Notes under the pieces: generated by a model
What the model saw: the letters and a program-made list of their open reading frames with translations, nothing else
Told to the model about the DNA's origin: nothing
Databases searched by the model: none
In this document: positions 19,824 through 29,246 of the stretch, in pieces
Layout: every line of letters begins with the position of its first letter
Numbering within the stretch: position 1 is the first letter of the stretch
Source: an uncultured bacterium
GTDB taxonomy: Bacteria; Patescibacteriota; Minisyncoccia; UBA6257; GWB1-50-10
Assembly (NCBI GenBank): GCA_963713955.1
Contig: OY970216.1
Location: forward strand, 570,252-634,251
Reading direction: 5' to 3'
DNA: 64,000 bases
Made by a program: the position numbers and the translations under genes

Positions 19824-19879
19824 AAATGAAAAGGGCCCCAGAAGGATTGAACCCCAAGGGAGCCTTTTCGTGGTGATAC
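19821..19879 (-). ncRNA. Candidate small RNA convergent with the NYN gene
   Basis: Minus-strand TTGACT-N18-TATATT promoter (19915-19886), hairpin 19828-19869, U-tract at the NYN stop codon. Confidence 0.5.
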
Positions 19880-20112
19880 AATATAAATATACACCCCCTC
19901 CTATTGGGAAGTCAAAAGCCGAACGAACGGCTGCCTGTGGATAACCGATAACCCAGCGATTTCTCCTTTATTAACAGCATTCCAACATTGTCCCACTCGG
20001 AGAGCTGGATGCTATAGCGCAGCATATCAACGTATGTAAGCATGGCATAGGAAAAAGAGTAAATCCCGCATAGACCGAAATCTAGCGGGATTTATCGGCA
20101 ATGTAGATATAC

Positions 20113-20901
20113 TCATTCTGTTTCTTTGAAGCCTATCATAACCAGCCCCTTGTGCTCGGTCATAAATCTATTGTCCGGCTGAATCTTTAAAAGTTCTGTT
20201 CTCAGCTCATTTTCAAAATCTTTCAGGCGATCCACGAAAAGACTCTTTGCCGCATAAGAGGTGGTAAATTGTTCGGCGATCACCTCATCAACCGTCTTCA
20301 CGACCGAGGGAAAGAAATAATTGAATTTTTCTATTCGCTTGAAGCCAGCTTCCCGAAGATAAACGTCGAAAGATTTCTCGGGAGCTTTGAATTTTCCCTC
20401 TGTCGTTCTCCGCTCGGGCCCAAGATATTTTTTAATAACCTCAACGATCTTCCGTTCCCAAGCGGTGGGTGCATTGGTCCAAATGCTCTTGCCGCTCAAG
20501 ATCACTACGGCTCCATCCTCCGTCAAAAGCTTGTGGCTCAAAGAAAGCACCTTCTCTACATCCAGCCAGTGGAGAGCTTGAGCAAAAACCACACACTTGA
20601 ACCGACCCAGTTTATCATCCAAATCTTCTGCCCTACTCACGATCCACGTAACATTGCTGACTCCTAAATCTCCAGCTCGCTTTTTAGCCTCCTTGATCAT
20701 ATCCCCACTCGCATCTACGGCAACAATCTCATTAAAATATTTGACGAAAGGAAAAGTGGATCTACCGTCACCACACCCTATATCCAGCAAGCGCTCATTC
20801 CCGGCCAGATGGAGTTTCTCCGCAATGGTTCGGATGGTCTCTTCGGGGTACTCTCTACGATACTTAGTATAGGTTTTTGCCACTCCGGGAAATAAGTCCA
20901 T
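20113..20901 (-). CDS. Class I SAM-dependent methyltransferase
   Basis: LLDIGCGDG, VDAS, AQALHW; likely start MDLFPG; terminator hairpin 20061-20093. Confidence 0.9.
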   Translation of the reverse strand: MDLFPGVAKTYTKYRREYPEETIRTIAEKLHLAGNERLLDIGCGDGRSTFPFVKYFNEIVAVDASGDMIKEAKKRAGDLGVSNVTWIVSRAEDLDDKLGRFKCVVFAQALHWLDVEKVLSLSHKLLTEDGAVVILSGKSIWTNAPTAWERKIVEVIKKYLGPERRTTEGKFKAPEKSFDVYLREAGFKRIEKFNYFFPSVVKTVDEVIAEQFTTSYAAKSLFVDRLKDFENELRTELLKIQPDNRFMTEHKGLVMIGFKETE

Positions 20902-21169
20902 GGTTAAACTATAATCCAAATGCTCTTTACCGTCGACGAGTTCAAGAAGACATATGAAGAGGATAGGATGGAGATATCCGAGTTGGAATTGCCGCACCCA
21001 GCAATTATGTCCTCCTTGTTTTCTGGTTCTCTTTATCAGAAAATGATCTTACGAGTTCACTGAACGGTAAAAGTTGAGTAAGTCCACACGTTCGAACAAC
21101 GTTCAAGCTCCGTAGCAAATCAAATTCAACATCAATAATTTAATAAAGAAAAATCAATATCAGATCTTT

Positions 21170-21595
21170 TTGTTTGCTTGCCCCGCAAACCTGCCTTTTA
21201 GTTTCGCAATACATCCATGGCTCGTGGTCAATCGCAAGGGAGTGATCTCGCGGTGGGAGGTCTCTGCCACAAAATGGCAACGCATCATGTGTTGGGGTCA
21301 CCTAAACAAGGATTTGTTTCCGCCATTTCAGGGAATAGGAATATTTCCGTTTCTACGAACGTTTCACTGGAAAGGTAAACTGCTGCGTTGTATAGAAGGA
21401 GATGAAAAATCGCTAGCGGCGCAGATGGTTGAGTTCATTGAGCAATCCGATAAAATTTATCCGTACAGCCAGACGTACTCTCTCATTGGACCAAACAGCA
21501 ACACCTATGTGCAGTGGATTCTCAATCACTTTCCACAATCGAACATGCGTTTGCCGTGGAATGCGCTTGGAAAGAATAAAATGCCTAAAAATTAG
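21170..21595 (+). CDS. DUF3750-like protein (start uncertain)
   Basis: AIHPW, RWEV, YPY..Y...GPNSNTYVQW, LP.NA.GK. Confidence 0.7.
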   Translation: MFACPANLPFSFAIHPWLVVNRKGVISRWEVSATKWQRIMCWGHLNKDLFPPFQGIGIFPFLRTFHWKGKLLRCIEGDEKSLAAQMVEFIEQSDKIYPYSQTYSLIGPNSNTYVQWILNHFPQSNMRLPWNALGKNKMPKN

Positions 21596-21692
21596 GCAAT
21601 TTCTTTCCCTTCTATTATCGTTCGAAAATCGTCCAAGCCAGCCACAGTCAGCGCAGTACCGAGGGAAACCAAAGAGGATCGAGTCCCTCCGA

Positions 21693-22313
21693 TCAAAATA
21701 CTATTCCTAACTTTCTAAGTTTACCCTCTAAATCTTCCTGTCCTCGAAAGAGTATCGTCATCATCCCAACCTCTCGGGCTACTGCCACATTTCTCTCTGT
21801 ATCATCAACAAATAGACATTCCTCTGGCTTCGCACCTAATCCTCTAAGAGTCAGCTCATAGATCCTCTCATCGGGCTTAGCGAGTCCTGAATAAGCAGAA
21901 CTCACCATCACGCGGAAGTAATCGTCGAGTTTGTACTTTCCGCGTTTGAAATCGAACCATTCCTTACTAGTGTTTGTGAGAGCCGCCAGCTCATAATGCG
22001 GCTTCAACTTGGAGAGTAAATCCAACATACTCTCAATCGGCTTCTGGCACTTTCTCCAGAGTTCTTTTGCGCGTTCAATGTCGATAACCCGAGTACCGGC
22101 TGTTTTGAGGAATATTGTCCAGAATTCATCCTCGGTTATCTGACCGATACGGAACTGAGGCCATGCAGCATTCCATCCTCTTTTCATGTCGTCAGGGGAG
22201 ATGCTAAAGCTAGCAGTGTATACATCATATTGTTCAGAATCACCATGATACCAAACGTCGTCATCTGTTAGAATCACATTTCCGAGATCAAAAATTATTA
22301 TTTTTGGAGGCAT
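21693..22313 (-). CDS. HAD-family phosphatase
   Basis: FDLGNV, LTN, KPD, FVDD. Confidence 0.9.
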   Translation of the reverse strand: MPPKIIIFDLGNVILTDDDVWYHGDSEQYDVYTASFSISPDDMKRGWNAAWPQFRIGQITEDEFWTIFLKTAGTRVIDIERAKELWRKCQKPIESMLDLLSKLKPHYELAALTNTSKEWFDFKRGKYKLDDYFRVMVSSAYSGLAKPDERIYELTLRGLGAKPEECLFVDDTERNVAVAREVGMMTILFRGQEDLEGKLRKLGIVF

Positions 22314-22567
22314 AACTACGTTTCAACTTTAAGGGCCAGGGTCTAATTTATTATACACGGGGACCGGTTGATCCTGAAAAGAGATAGTGAGTAGTAGAGT
22401 GGGGTAGAGGATTACACGTTAGCGTATTCTTTCAAATCGGGGATGTGAATATACTCATTTTGCCGTTGTATAATAGTTCTAACGCTGTTTACAACGTGCA
22501 GCTAAAAAATACTCATCTGAAAACATAAAGCCCCACAACGAAGTGGGGCAATGTGATTCCGAATCGA

Positions 22568-22859
22568 TTACAATCTCTTGAACAACGCCAGTTTTTCGCC
22601 CTGGAACGTATCGAAACCCAGACCCTTAAAGAGATGGGGACGACCGGTGATCGCAAAAATCTCCTTGATGTTTCTATTCTTCGCAAGGGCAAGACATTTG
22701 CGTACCAACTGAGTTCCTATCCCGGACCCATGGTATTCTTTGTTCACCGCCAAGCTTCTAACTTCAGCAATTCTCTTGGAATAGATATCAAGGGCGCAGC
22801 AACCGATAATCTTGCCGTCTTCAACCGCAACAAAGAAACGGTTTATGGACGGAATCTCG
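22568..22859 (-). pseudogene. GNAT (ArgA-like) acetyltransferase, 5'-truncated by IS3
   Basis: IIGCCAL, AEVRSLAV, GSGIG; the listed ORF start lies inside the IS. Confidence 0.8.
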
Positions 22860-22913
22860 TGTTCCGGATAGGAAAATTTAGACACAAAGGTCGGAACAAA
22901 TTACCATTGTGTC

Positions 22914-23177
22914 ATGGCTAACAAAAAAGGATATCGGGTAGCGAAAGAGGTAAAAGCGGAGATTGTCCGCCGCGTGAAGGAAGAAGGCGTCTCCGTCGCA
23001 GAAGCGGCAAAAGATGCAGGCGTCCACGAGACAACCGTGTATGGATGGCTCGGCGCCGGTGCCACGAGCGCTCCCTCCTGGGGAGAAATCAATCGCCTAA
23101 AGAAACAGAATCAGGAACTCTTCGAAGTGATCGGTGAACTCACGATCAAGCTGTCCCAGACCCAAAAAAAGAATTGA
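22914..23177 (+). CDS. IS3 transposase OrfA
   Basis: Identical translation to 18604-18867. Confidence 0.9.
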   Translation: MANKKGYRVAKEVKAEIVRRVKEEGVSVAEAAKDAGVHETTVYGWLGAGATSAPSWGEINRLKKQNQELFEVIGELTIKLSQTQKKN

Positions 23178-23956
23178 GCAGGGAAAGGAACGTATCCGCC
23201 CTGGCTCGCGCCATGGGTGTCTCGCGCTCATCGCTCTATTACGTCGCAACGCAGGACAAGAAGGATTGGGCATTAAAGGTCCGGACGGAGGAGGTGCTTC
23301 ACGAGCATCCCTCATACGGCTCACGCCGACTGGCGATTGCGCTCGGCATCGGCAGACCGAGAGCGCAACGGGTCATGCGGATTTACGGCATCAAGCCCTA
23401 CCGCAGGCATGGGAGAAAATACAGGAAATCCAAGGCGGAACGGCACTTCCCGAACCTCCTCCTCGGCATTATGCCATCATATGCGAACCATGTCTGGGCG
23501 ACGGATTTCACGGAGCTTGTCTTTCACGGGAAGAAGCTGTACGTATCAACGATCCTTAACCTGTTTACGAGGCAACTGATGGGCGTTCATGTGGCGACCC
23601 GGAAGGGATCGACGCTCACCATCCAAACTCTGGCGAACGCGCTCTTCCATTGCCCGCGACCCGTGATCTTCCATTCTGACAACGGGAGGGAATACGAAGC
23701 GAAGGCGTTCATCGCTATGCTTGAGCGCTACGGCATCACCATCTCCCGCTCACGCCCCGGATCGCCGTGGGAGAACGGATACCAAGAATCTTTCTACGGA
23801 AAATTCAAAATGGATCTTGGCGATCCTAATCGGTTCAGATCCTTAGGGGAACTTGTGGCGGAGATCTACCGAACGCTTTGGGAGTACAACCATACAAGAA
23901 TCCACTCCGCTCTCAGGATGCCGCCTTCGGTGTTTGCAGAGAAGATAGCAGTGTGA
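23174..23956 (+). CDS. IS3 transposase OrfB
   Basis: Identical translation to 17825-18607. Confidence 0.93.
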   Translation: MSRERNVSALARAMGVSRSSLYYVATQDKKDWALKVRTEEVLHEHPSYGSRRLAIALGIGRPRAQRVMRIYGIKPYRRHGRKYRKSKAERHFPNLLLGIMPSYANHVWATDFTELVFHGKKLYVSTILNLFTRQLMGVHVATRKGSTLTIQTLANALFHCPRPVIFHSDNGREYEAKAFIAMLERYGITISRSRPGSPWENGYQESFYGKFKMDLGDPNRFRSLGELVAEIYRTLWEYNHTRIHSALRMPPSVFAEKIAV

Positions 23957-24018
23957 GAGAATGAAAAAACGACGAGAAAACTTGTCGAGTGACTGTCTAA
24001 AGAAACCTATCCATCACA

Positions 24019-24171
24019 ATCAGAGAGTCTCGTGGAATCTCTTCCCTGAGCCAGGAGCTGGGAGGGGTTCAAGACCAGGACGACGGCGGTCGCTAAGACG
24101 GCAAGGATCGCGATCACGACAAGGAGCTCGATCAATGTAAAAGATTCTCTGCTTCGGGAGTGGAAATTCAT
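24019..24171 (-). pseudogene. Type IV pilin-like protein, 3'-truncated by IS3 (not in ORF track)
   Basis: MNFHSRSRES-FTLIELLVVIAILAVLATAVVLVLNPSQLLAQGRDSTRLSD followed by the IS end. Confidence 0.88.
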
Positions 24172-24189
24172 CTATTCAATTATAACATT

Positions 24190-25056
24190 TCAGTTGATGG
24201 TCTGGGGATTCTTGCCTTCTACCTGTATCTCCTTTAGCTTTAATTTCCCACCGATAATCTCCGACTCAAGCAGTTTGGTTCGTTTTCCGCCGATAATAGA
24301 CCATGTTCCCGGCTCCGGATTCAAACCGCGGATTTTTCTGTCTATCGCGACAGCAACGTCGCCGCCACCTTTTTGCGCTTCTTCCAAATCGCTCTCGGAG
24401 ACAAAAGCATCTTCGGAAGTAAACTTCTTGGTGTACGTCGCTTTTGACTCATCCTGCGCCGTCGGCTCTATCTCACCGCTCAAAAATCTCGGAATCGTCT
24501 CAATAAGCAAGTCCGCCGAAAGTTTCGCCAGCTTGTCGTGCAAAGTACTATATGTCTCTCTACTTTCTACTTGATACTTTCTACTCGCTACTATCGCCCC
24601 GTGATCCACTTTTTCATCCATGAGAATCAGCGTCGTGCCGGTTTCCTCGTCGCCGTTCAAAATAGCCGCCTGGATCGGAGTTGCACCGCGGTATTTGGGG
24701 AGAAGGGAAGGATGAACGACGATGATACCCTTGGGAAATAGTTCAATGACTCCTTTTGGGATTATTTTCCCGTAGGAGGCGAGGACGGCAAAACTGGGAC
24801 GGTCAGTATCAGGTAGCGAGTATAAAGTATTAAGTATGTCCTCGACTTTTTCCGGCTGAAGGATTTTGATACTACTCTTTATACTTTCTACTTGATTCTC
24901 TATACATAATTTGACGGGCGAGGAGGTCATGATTTGCTTTCGCCCGATCGGCCGATCGGGATTCGTGATAACGAGCGAGGGCGACATGCCGGCATCAATC
25001 AACCGCTCCAATATCACGGCGGAGAATTCAGGTGTCCCAAAGAATACATAGTTCAT
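24190..25056 (-). CDS. fmt: Methionyl-tRNA formyltransferase
   Basis: FFGTPEF, HPSLLPKYRGATPI, DHG, IRGLNPEPG. Confidence 0.95.
   Translation of the reverse strand: MNYVFFGTPEFSAVILERLIDAGMSPSLVITNPDRPIGRKQIMTSSPVKLCIENQVESIKSSIKILQPEKVEDILNTLYSLPDTDRPSFAVLASYGKIIPKGVIELFPKGIIVVHPSLLPKYRGATPIQAAILNGDEETGTTLILMDEKVDHGAIVASRKYQVESRETYSTLHDKLAKLSADLLIETIPRFLSGEIEPTAQDESKATYTKKFTSEDAFVSESDLEEAQKGGGDVAVAIDRKIRGLNPEPGTWSIIGGKRTKLLESEIIGGKLKLKEIQVEGKNPQTIN
24561..24909. repeat. Three intragenic heptamer arrays in fmt
   Basis: 24561-24595 (TACnnnn x5), 24802-24836 (nnnnGTA x5), 24882-24909 (4 units, 3 starting TAC). Confidence 0.8.
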
Positions 25057-25084
25057 AGATCGGGGATATGTTTATTCATTCCAA

Positions 25085-25624
25085 CTACTCGCTACTGATT
25101 ACCGGTACTTCAACCTTGTGCAGTGCCTTCGCCTTGTCGATGAAAACCTTGCCGTCCAAGTGGTCAACCTCGTGTTGGAACACTCTCGCGAGGAGCCCCC
25201 ATGCTTTTATCCTTATCTTCTTGCCATCGGCATTCTGGCCGTCGAGAACCACTCGGTAGTGGCGCTCAACCGGACCGAAGGTCTGGGGCACGCTGAGACA
25301 CCCTTCTTCCATTTCCTCGACTTCTTTGGAAAGTTTCGATAAGACGGGATTGAACACGGCGTAAAATTTCATATGGCCCTGATCGTCCGGAACCTGCGCG
25401 ACAAACATGCAATAGGGGAGACCCACCTGATTTGCTGAAAGTCCTATGCCGTCAGCTTCCCTCATGATCTGCCTCATTTCCCTGACGAGATTTTTTACTT
25501 CCGTTTTGGCATGACCTGAAAAATCGAAAGGCTGGGTTCCAGAACGCAAAAACTTCTCGTCGTTCTTGTCGGCAACCTCCAAAATCCTGTGCTTGTTATT
25601 TGTCTCCATCTTTTTTATTCCCAT
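25085..25624 (-). CDS. def: Peptide deformylase
   Basis: GIGLSANQVG, EGCLS, QHEVDHLDG. Confidence 0.96.
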   Translation of the reverse strand: MGIKKMETNNKHRILEVADKNDEKFLRSGTQPFDFSGHAKTEVKNLVREMRQIMREADGIGLSANQVGLPYCMFVAQVPDDQGHMKFYAVFNPVLSKLSKEVEEMEEGCLSVPQTFGPVERHYRVVLDGQNADGKKIRIKAWGLLARVFQHEVDHLDGKVFIDKAKALHKVEVPVISSE

Positions 25625-25868
25625 CGAAAAGAACTCTCATGAAATAAGCTCCCTTGTTTTTCACGTTCTTATTCCCGGCAACCCGCTTTGCGAGGCTCAA
25701 AAGTTCTCCCTTATCCCGCTCTTTGGCCAGCTTGATGTACAATGCCTTATGCTTCAAATCGCTTAAAATGTCAGCCAGCATGAGGCCCGTATCCTGGAAT
25801 TCTTTGTACACATGGCCTTTTTTTCCTCTTTCCTTGAGCTTCTCAAGGTAATTATCATCGAGAGCCAT
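25596..25868 (-). CDS. Hypothetical protein
   Basis: 90-aa ORF overlapping the def start. Confidence 0.75.
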   Translation of the reverse strand: MALDDNYLEKLKERGKKGHVYKEFQDTGLMLADILSDLKHKALYIKLAKERDKGELLSLAKRVAGNKNVKNKGAYFMRVLFDGNKKDGDK

Positions 25869-25898
25869 TGAAGAAATTATATGCTACAATTCGGTTTG

Positions 25899-26468
25899 AT
25901 GACAAACGCGCGGCGGCTTTTCGTGAGTGTGAAGATTCCGGAAGAAATAAAGCGGGAAACGGCACATATTTTGAACTCGGTGAAATTGCCCCAAAAATTC
26001 GCCGCAAGATTCCTACCGGAGAAAGGCTGACACCTGACGCTCCTCTTCCTGGGATCCGTCGCGGAGGCAGATGTTCCGCTCGTGACCGAGGCTGTCGAAA
26101 AAGCCGGACGGACGACGGGAGGAAAGGGCATAGGGATAAATTTCGAAGAGATCACTTTCGGACCGGAGGGGAAATTCAAGAGAATGATTTGGCTCACAAC
26201 CAGCAAGGAAACAAGCGTCCTCCTCGGCAGAATGAAAAACGAACTGAAAAAGAATCTCGGCGAAAAAGGAATCGGATGCGAGGAAAAGGAAAGAGAATTC
26301 GACGGACACGTGACACTCGCGAGATTCCTGCCGGCCGCGCCGACCGAGCTGCCGGACGTGCGGCAAAGCGTTCTCTTCCGGTTCCGGGCCGGTAAGATGT
26401 ATCTCACGGAATCGCACCTCAGCCGCTCCGGCGCCGAATACGAAGACCTCATGGAGGTTGATTTATAA
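25899..26468 (+). pseudogene. thpR: RNA 2',3'-cyclic phosphodiesterase (2H family) with in-frame TGA
   Basis: RRLFVSV...EKG*HLTLLFLG...HVTLAR...ESHL; TGA at 26028-26030 immediately before the first HxT motif. Confidence 0.85.
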
Positions 26469-26493
26469 GGGAATTAAATTAGAATGTAAAAGG

Positions 26494-27723
26494 ATGAAAA
26501 ACAAACCGCGCATTTTGAGAACAGCCCTCATCACCATCTCGATCGCCGTCTTCGGGGCCGTTTTGTTTTACGCAGGCTTGAGACTTGGAACTTCAGGATA
26601 CTCTGGACCGGAGTACTCATATTCGATACCGCCGAATGGCACAAGTACACTCCTCGGCGGCGATTTCTCGCTCTTCTGGGATGCGGTGCAACTCGTGAAA
26701 GAAAAATATTACGATCCATCAGCTATCAACAACAACGAAATGCTCTACGGGGCTATCAACGGGGCTGTGGGATCGCTCGGCGATCCCTATTCGGTATTCT
26801 TTTCCCCAAGCGACTCAACGAAATTTGACCAGGACCTCTCCGGCAGCTTCGGAGGCATCGGAGCTGAGATAGGAACCAAAAACGGCCAAATAGTCGTTGT
26901 CGCCCCCCTCAAAGATACACCGGCTGACGAAGCCGGGCTCCGTGCCGGGGATGAGATACTGAAAGTGGACGGCACTTCAACGATGAACATGACGCCGGAC
27001 GATGCCGTGAAGATCATACGGGGGAACATCGGGACAACCGTCAAGCTTCTCGTCATGAGGGATGGATGGAAAGAAGCGAAGGAATTCACCCTGACGAGAG
27101 TCTTGATCAGCGTCCCGACGCTCGACTGGAAAATGATCGACGGCGACATCGCCTACGTACAACTCTATAATTTCAATTCCAACGCCGCGTCCAAGTTCTA
27201 CGACGCGGCTCTCGGAGCCCTCACGGGGCGCGCGAAAGGAATGATACTGGACTTGAGAGACAACCCGGGAGGGTTTCTGGATGCGGCTCAAAACATAGCC
27301 GGCTGGTTCCTGAACCGCGGAGACACAATCGTCACGGAAAAATTCAGGGGGAACGCTGAGCAATCTCTCATCGCGAACGGCAATGAAGCCCTTGCCAAAA
27401 TGCCGACTGTGCTCATCGTGAACGGCGGATCGGCATCGGCTTCTGAAATTTTGGCTGGCGCCCTCCGGGACGACCGGGGAGCGAAGCTCGTGGGCGTTCA
27501 AACCTTCGGCAAGGGGAGCGTGCAGGAGATAGAAGACCTGCCGGGAGGTTCCTCCATGAAGATTTCAATAGCCGAATGGCTGACGCCCGAGGGGACGACG
27601 ATCAATAAGATCGGCCTGAAACCCGACTACATCGTCCCCCTGACTGATGAAAACATCCAAAATAAGCAAGATCCGCAACTCGACAAGGCGATCGAAGTAT
27701 TGAAAGCGGAAATGGGACAATGA
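26494..27723 (+). CDS. ctpA: Carboxy-terminal processing protease (S41, PDZ)
   Basis: [30 protein letters not shown]. Confidence 0.93.
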   Translation: MKNKPRILRTALITISIAVFGAVLFYAGLRLGTSGYSGPEYSYSIPPNGTSTLLGGDFSLFWDAVQLVKEKYYDPSAINNNEMLYGAINGAVGSLGDPYSVFFSPSDSTKFDQDLSGSFGGIGAEIGTKNGQIVVVAPLKDTPADEAGLRAGDEILKVDGTSTMNMTPDDAVKIIRGNIGTTVKLLVMRDGWKEAKEFTLTRVLISVPTLDWKMIDGDIAYVQLYNFNSNAASKFYDAALGALTGRAKGMILDLRDNPGGFLDAAQNIAGWFLNRGDTIVTEKFRGNAEQSLIANGNEALAKMPTVLIVNGGSASASEILAGALRDDRGAKLVGVQTFGKGSVQEIEDLPGGSSMKISIAEWLTPEGTTINKIGLKPDYIVPLTDENIQNKQDPQLDKAIEVLKAEMGQ

Positions 27724-28157
27724 AGGTGATCCTCCTTAAAGACGTTATGGGTCTCGGGAAGAAAATGGAAGTGAAAAACGTTTCCGACGGGTACGCGAGA
27801 AATTTCTTGCTTCAAAAAAAGTTGGCGATACCAGCAACGCCGGACGAACTCAAGAGGCTCGAGAAACAGATGAGCGACGTAAACGCCAAGCGCGAGAAAC
27901 TCGTCGCCGATTTGAAGGTGAAAGCTGATCAAATAGAAAAGCTGGTTTTTCCCTTTAGGCTGAAAACGGGGGAGAAGGGAGAAGTATTCGGGGCCATTCA
28001 CGATAAAGACATAGAAGGGAAGCTCGCCGAGGCCGGGTTCGGCCATGCAACGGTGGAATTAGAAAAGCCGATAAAGATCATCGGCGAAACGTCCGTAACG
28101 GTAGACTTGGGAGAGAAAATAAAGGCTCAGGTGAAGATTATCGTCAAGCCGGAATAA
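27720..28157 (+). CDS. rplI: 50S ribosomal protein L9
   Basis: [20 protein letters not shown]. Confidence 0.96.
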   Translation: MKVILLKDVMGLGKKMEVKNVSDGYARNFLLQKKLAIPATPDELKRLEKQMSDVNAKREKLVADLKVKADQIEKLVFPFRLKTGEKGEVFGAIHDKDIEGKLAEAGFGHATVELEKPIKIIGETSVTVDLGEKIKAQVKIIVKPE

Positions 28158-28422
28158 TATTCACCACTTTGACGGTTTTCTTCGATCCGTCGAAGCTGGT
28201 TTTCCTTTTACTCGCGAATTTCACCTTGCCGCTTTTGACTGAATAAAGGGTATCGTCTCTGCCTCTTTTGACATTGGTGCCGGGGTAATATTTCGTGCCG
28301 CGTTGTCTTACCAGTATGTCTCCAATTTTTGCCGTCTCGCCGTCAAAAAGCTTGACGCCCAAGCGCTTCGATTCCGATTCTCTTCCCAGTTTTGTGGATC
28401 CTTTTGCTTTGGTATGTGCCAT
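28144..28422 (-). CDS. rpmA: 50S ribosomal protein L27
   Basis: [29 protein letters not shown]. Confidence 0.97.
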   Translation of the reverse strand: MAHTKAKGSTKLGRESESKRLGVKLFDGETAKIGDILVRQRGTKYYPGTNVKRGRDDTLYSVKSGKVKFASKRKTSFDGSKKTVKVVNIIPA

Positions 28423-28468
28423 AGATCGTTAAAGTTGTAAAATTAATAATAATCGAAAAGAGGGGATT

Positions 28469-28636
28469 ATGTCAACGATTTATCACAGAATCAAGAATTG
28501 GCTCGTGGAGCAGAAGGGGTGGATCACGCTCTGGGCGATAGCCGTTGTTCTTGTTCTGCTAAGCTTCGGTCTCGGCTATCTTCTCGGCAAGAGTGATAAC
28601 CCGGCGCCGATCATCATCGAGAAACATTCAAATTGA
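28469..28636 (+). CDS. Small membrane protein, 55 aa (not in ORF track)
   Basis: MSTIYHRIKNWL...VLLSFGLGYLLGKSDNPAPIIIE; one TM helix; purine-rich RBS. Confidence 0.65.
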   Translation: MSTIYHRIKNWLVEQKGWITLWAIAVVLVLLSFGLGYLLGKSDNPAPIIIEKHSN

Positions 28637-29242
28637 TTTTTTGATGTCTCTTATAAGCTCCGGGAGCCTTCCCTGGAGGAAGTGTCCTCGGGCGGCAAAT
28701 GTCCTCCTAGTCACCATCTTCAACGCCTTCTCGTATTTTTCCGAATCGACAAAAGGAACCAACGGATCGTCCTTGCTGTGGTAGATGAAAATCTTTCCTG
28801 CCTGCCCCGAGAATCTGTTCAAGCTTTTCGGCAGCTTGAAATCGGCCAGTGAATAAGAACTGTCGCGATTTTTATCGTCGTAGGGAACCGCTACGAGAAA
28901 AGTGGCCTTTATCTTTTTAGGGAACTCATTTTCGGATAAATATTTAGCCAGGAATATACCTCCCAGCGAATGGCCGACCAAGATCGCATTCGTCCTCAGG
29001 TGGGGAACAAATTTATCGAACCATATTTTCCATTCCCGGTATTTAGCGTTCAAGCTGTTTGGCATCCGGGGCGCGATCACTTCGAACCTCTTGCCGAGTG
29101 CTTTGCCCAAGTTTTCCTTCCAATTCTTTTTCCGATGCCGGTATTCTTCGAAATCTATTTTCCATTTCTTGAGAAATGAAATGTATCCCTCGTACGTATC
29201 AAACGTACCTCCGCCGTGAATGACGACAACCTGCCTTTTCAT
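28628..29242 (-). CDS. Alpha/beta hydrolase, RBBP9/YdeN family
   Basis: IHGG, GHSLG, HSKDDPLVP, GHF. Confidence 0.9.
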   Translation of the reverse strand: MKRQVVVIHGGGTFDTYEGYISFLKKWKIDFEEYRHRKKNWKENLGKALGKRFEVIAPRMPNSLNAKYREWKIWFDKFVPHLRTNAILVGHSLGGIFLAKYLSENEFPKKIKATFLVAVPYDDKNRDSSYSLADFKLPKSLNRFSGQAGKIFIYHSKDDPLVPFVDSEKYEKALKMVTRRTFAARGHFLQGRLPELIRDIKKSI

Positions 29243-29246
29243 GCAT

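Larger units (their letters stand above)
22860..24018 (+). mobile_element. IS3-family element A, copy 2 (1159 bp)
   Basis: Same TIRs and ORFs as copy 1; A7G frameshift site 23164-23171; no TSD. Confidence 0.95.

Noticed and set aside
19936-19944. DnaA box TGTGGATAA as part of oriC
   Set aside because: Single box; no cluster and no dnaA/dnaN context
26028-26030. TGA recoding (genetic code 4/25)
   Set aside because: TGA is the true stop of several conserved genes here; only one in-frame case was seen
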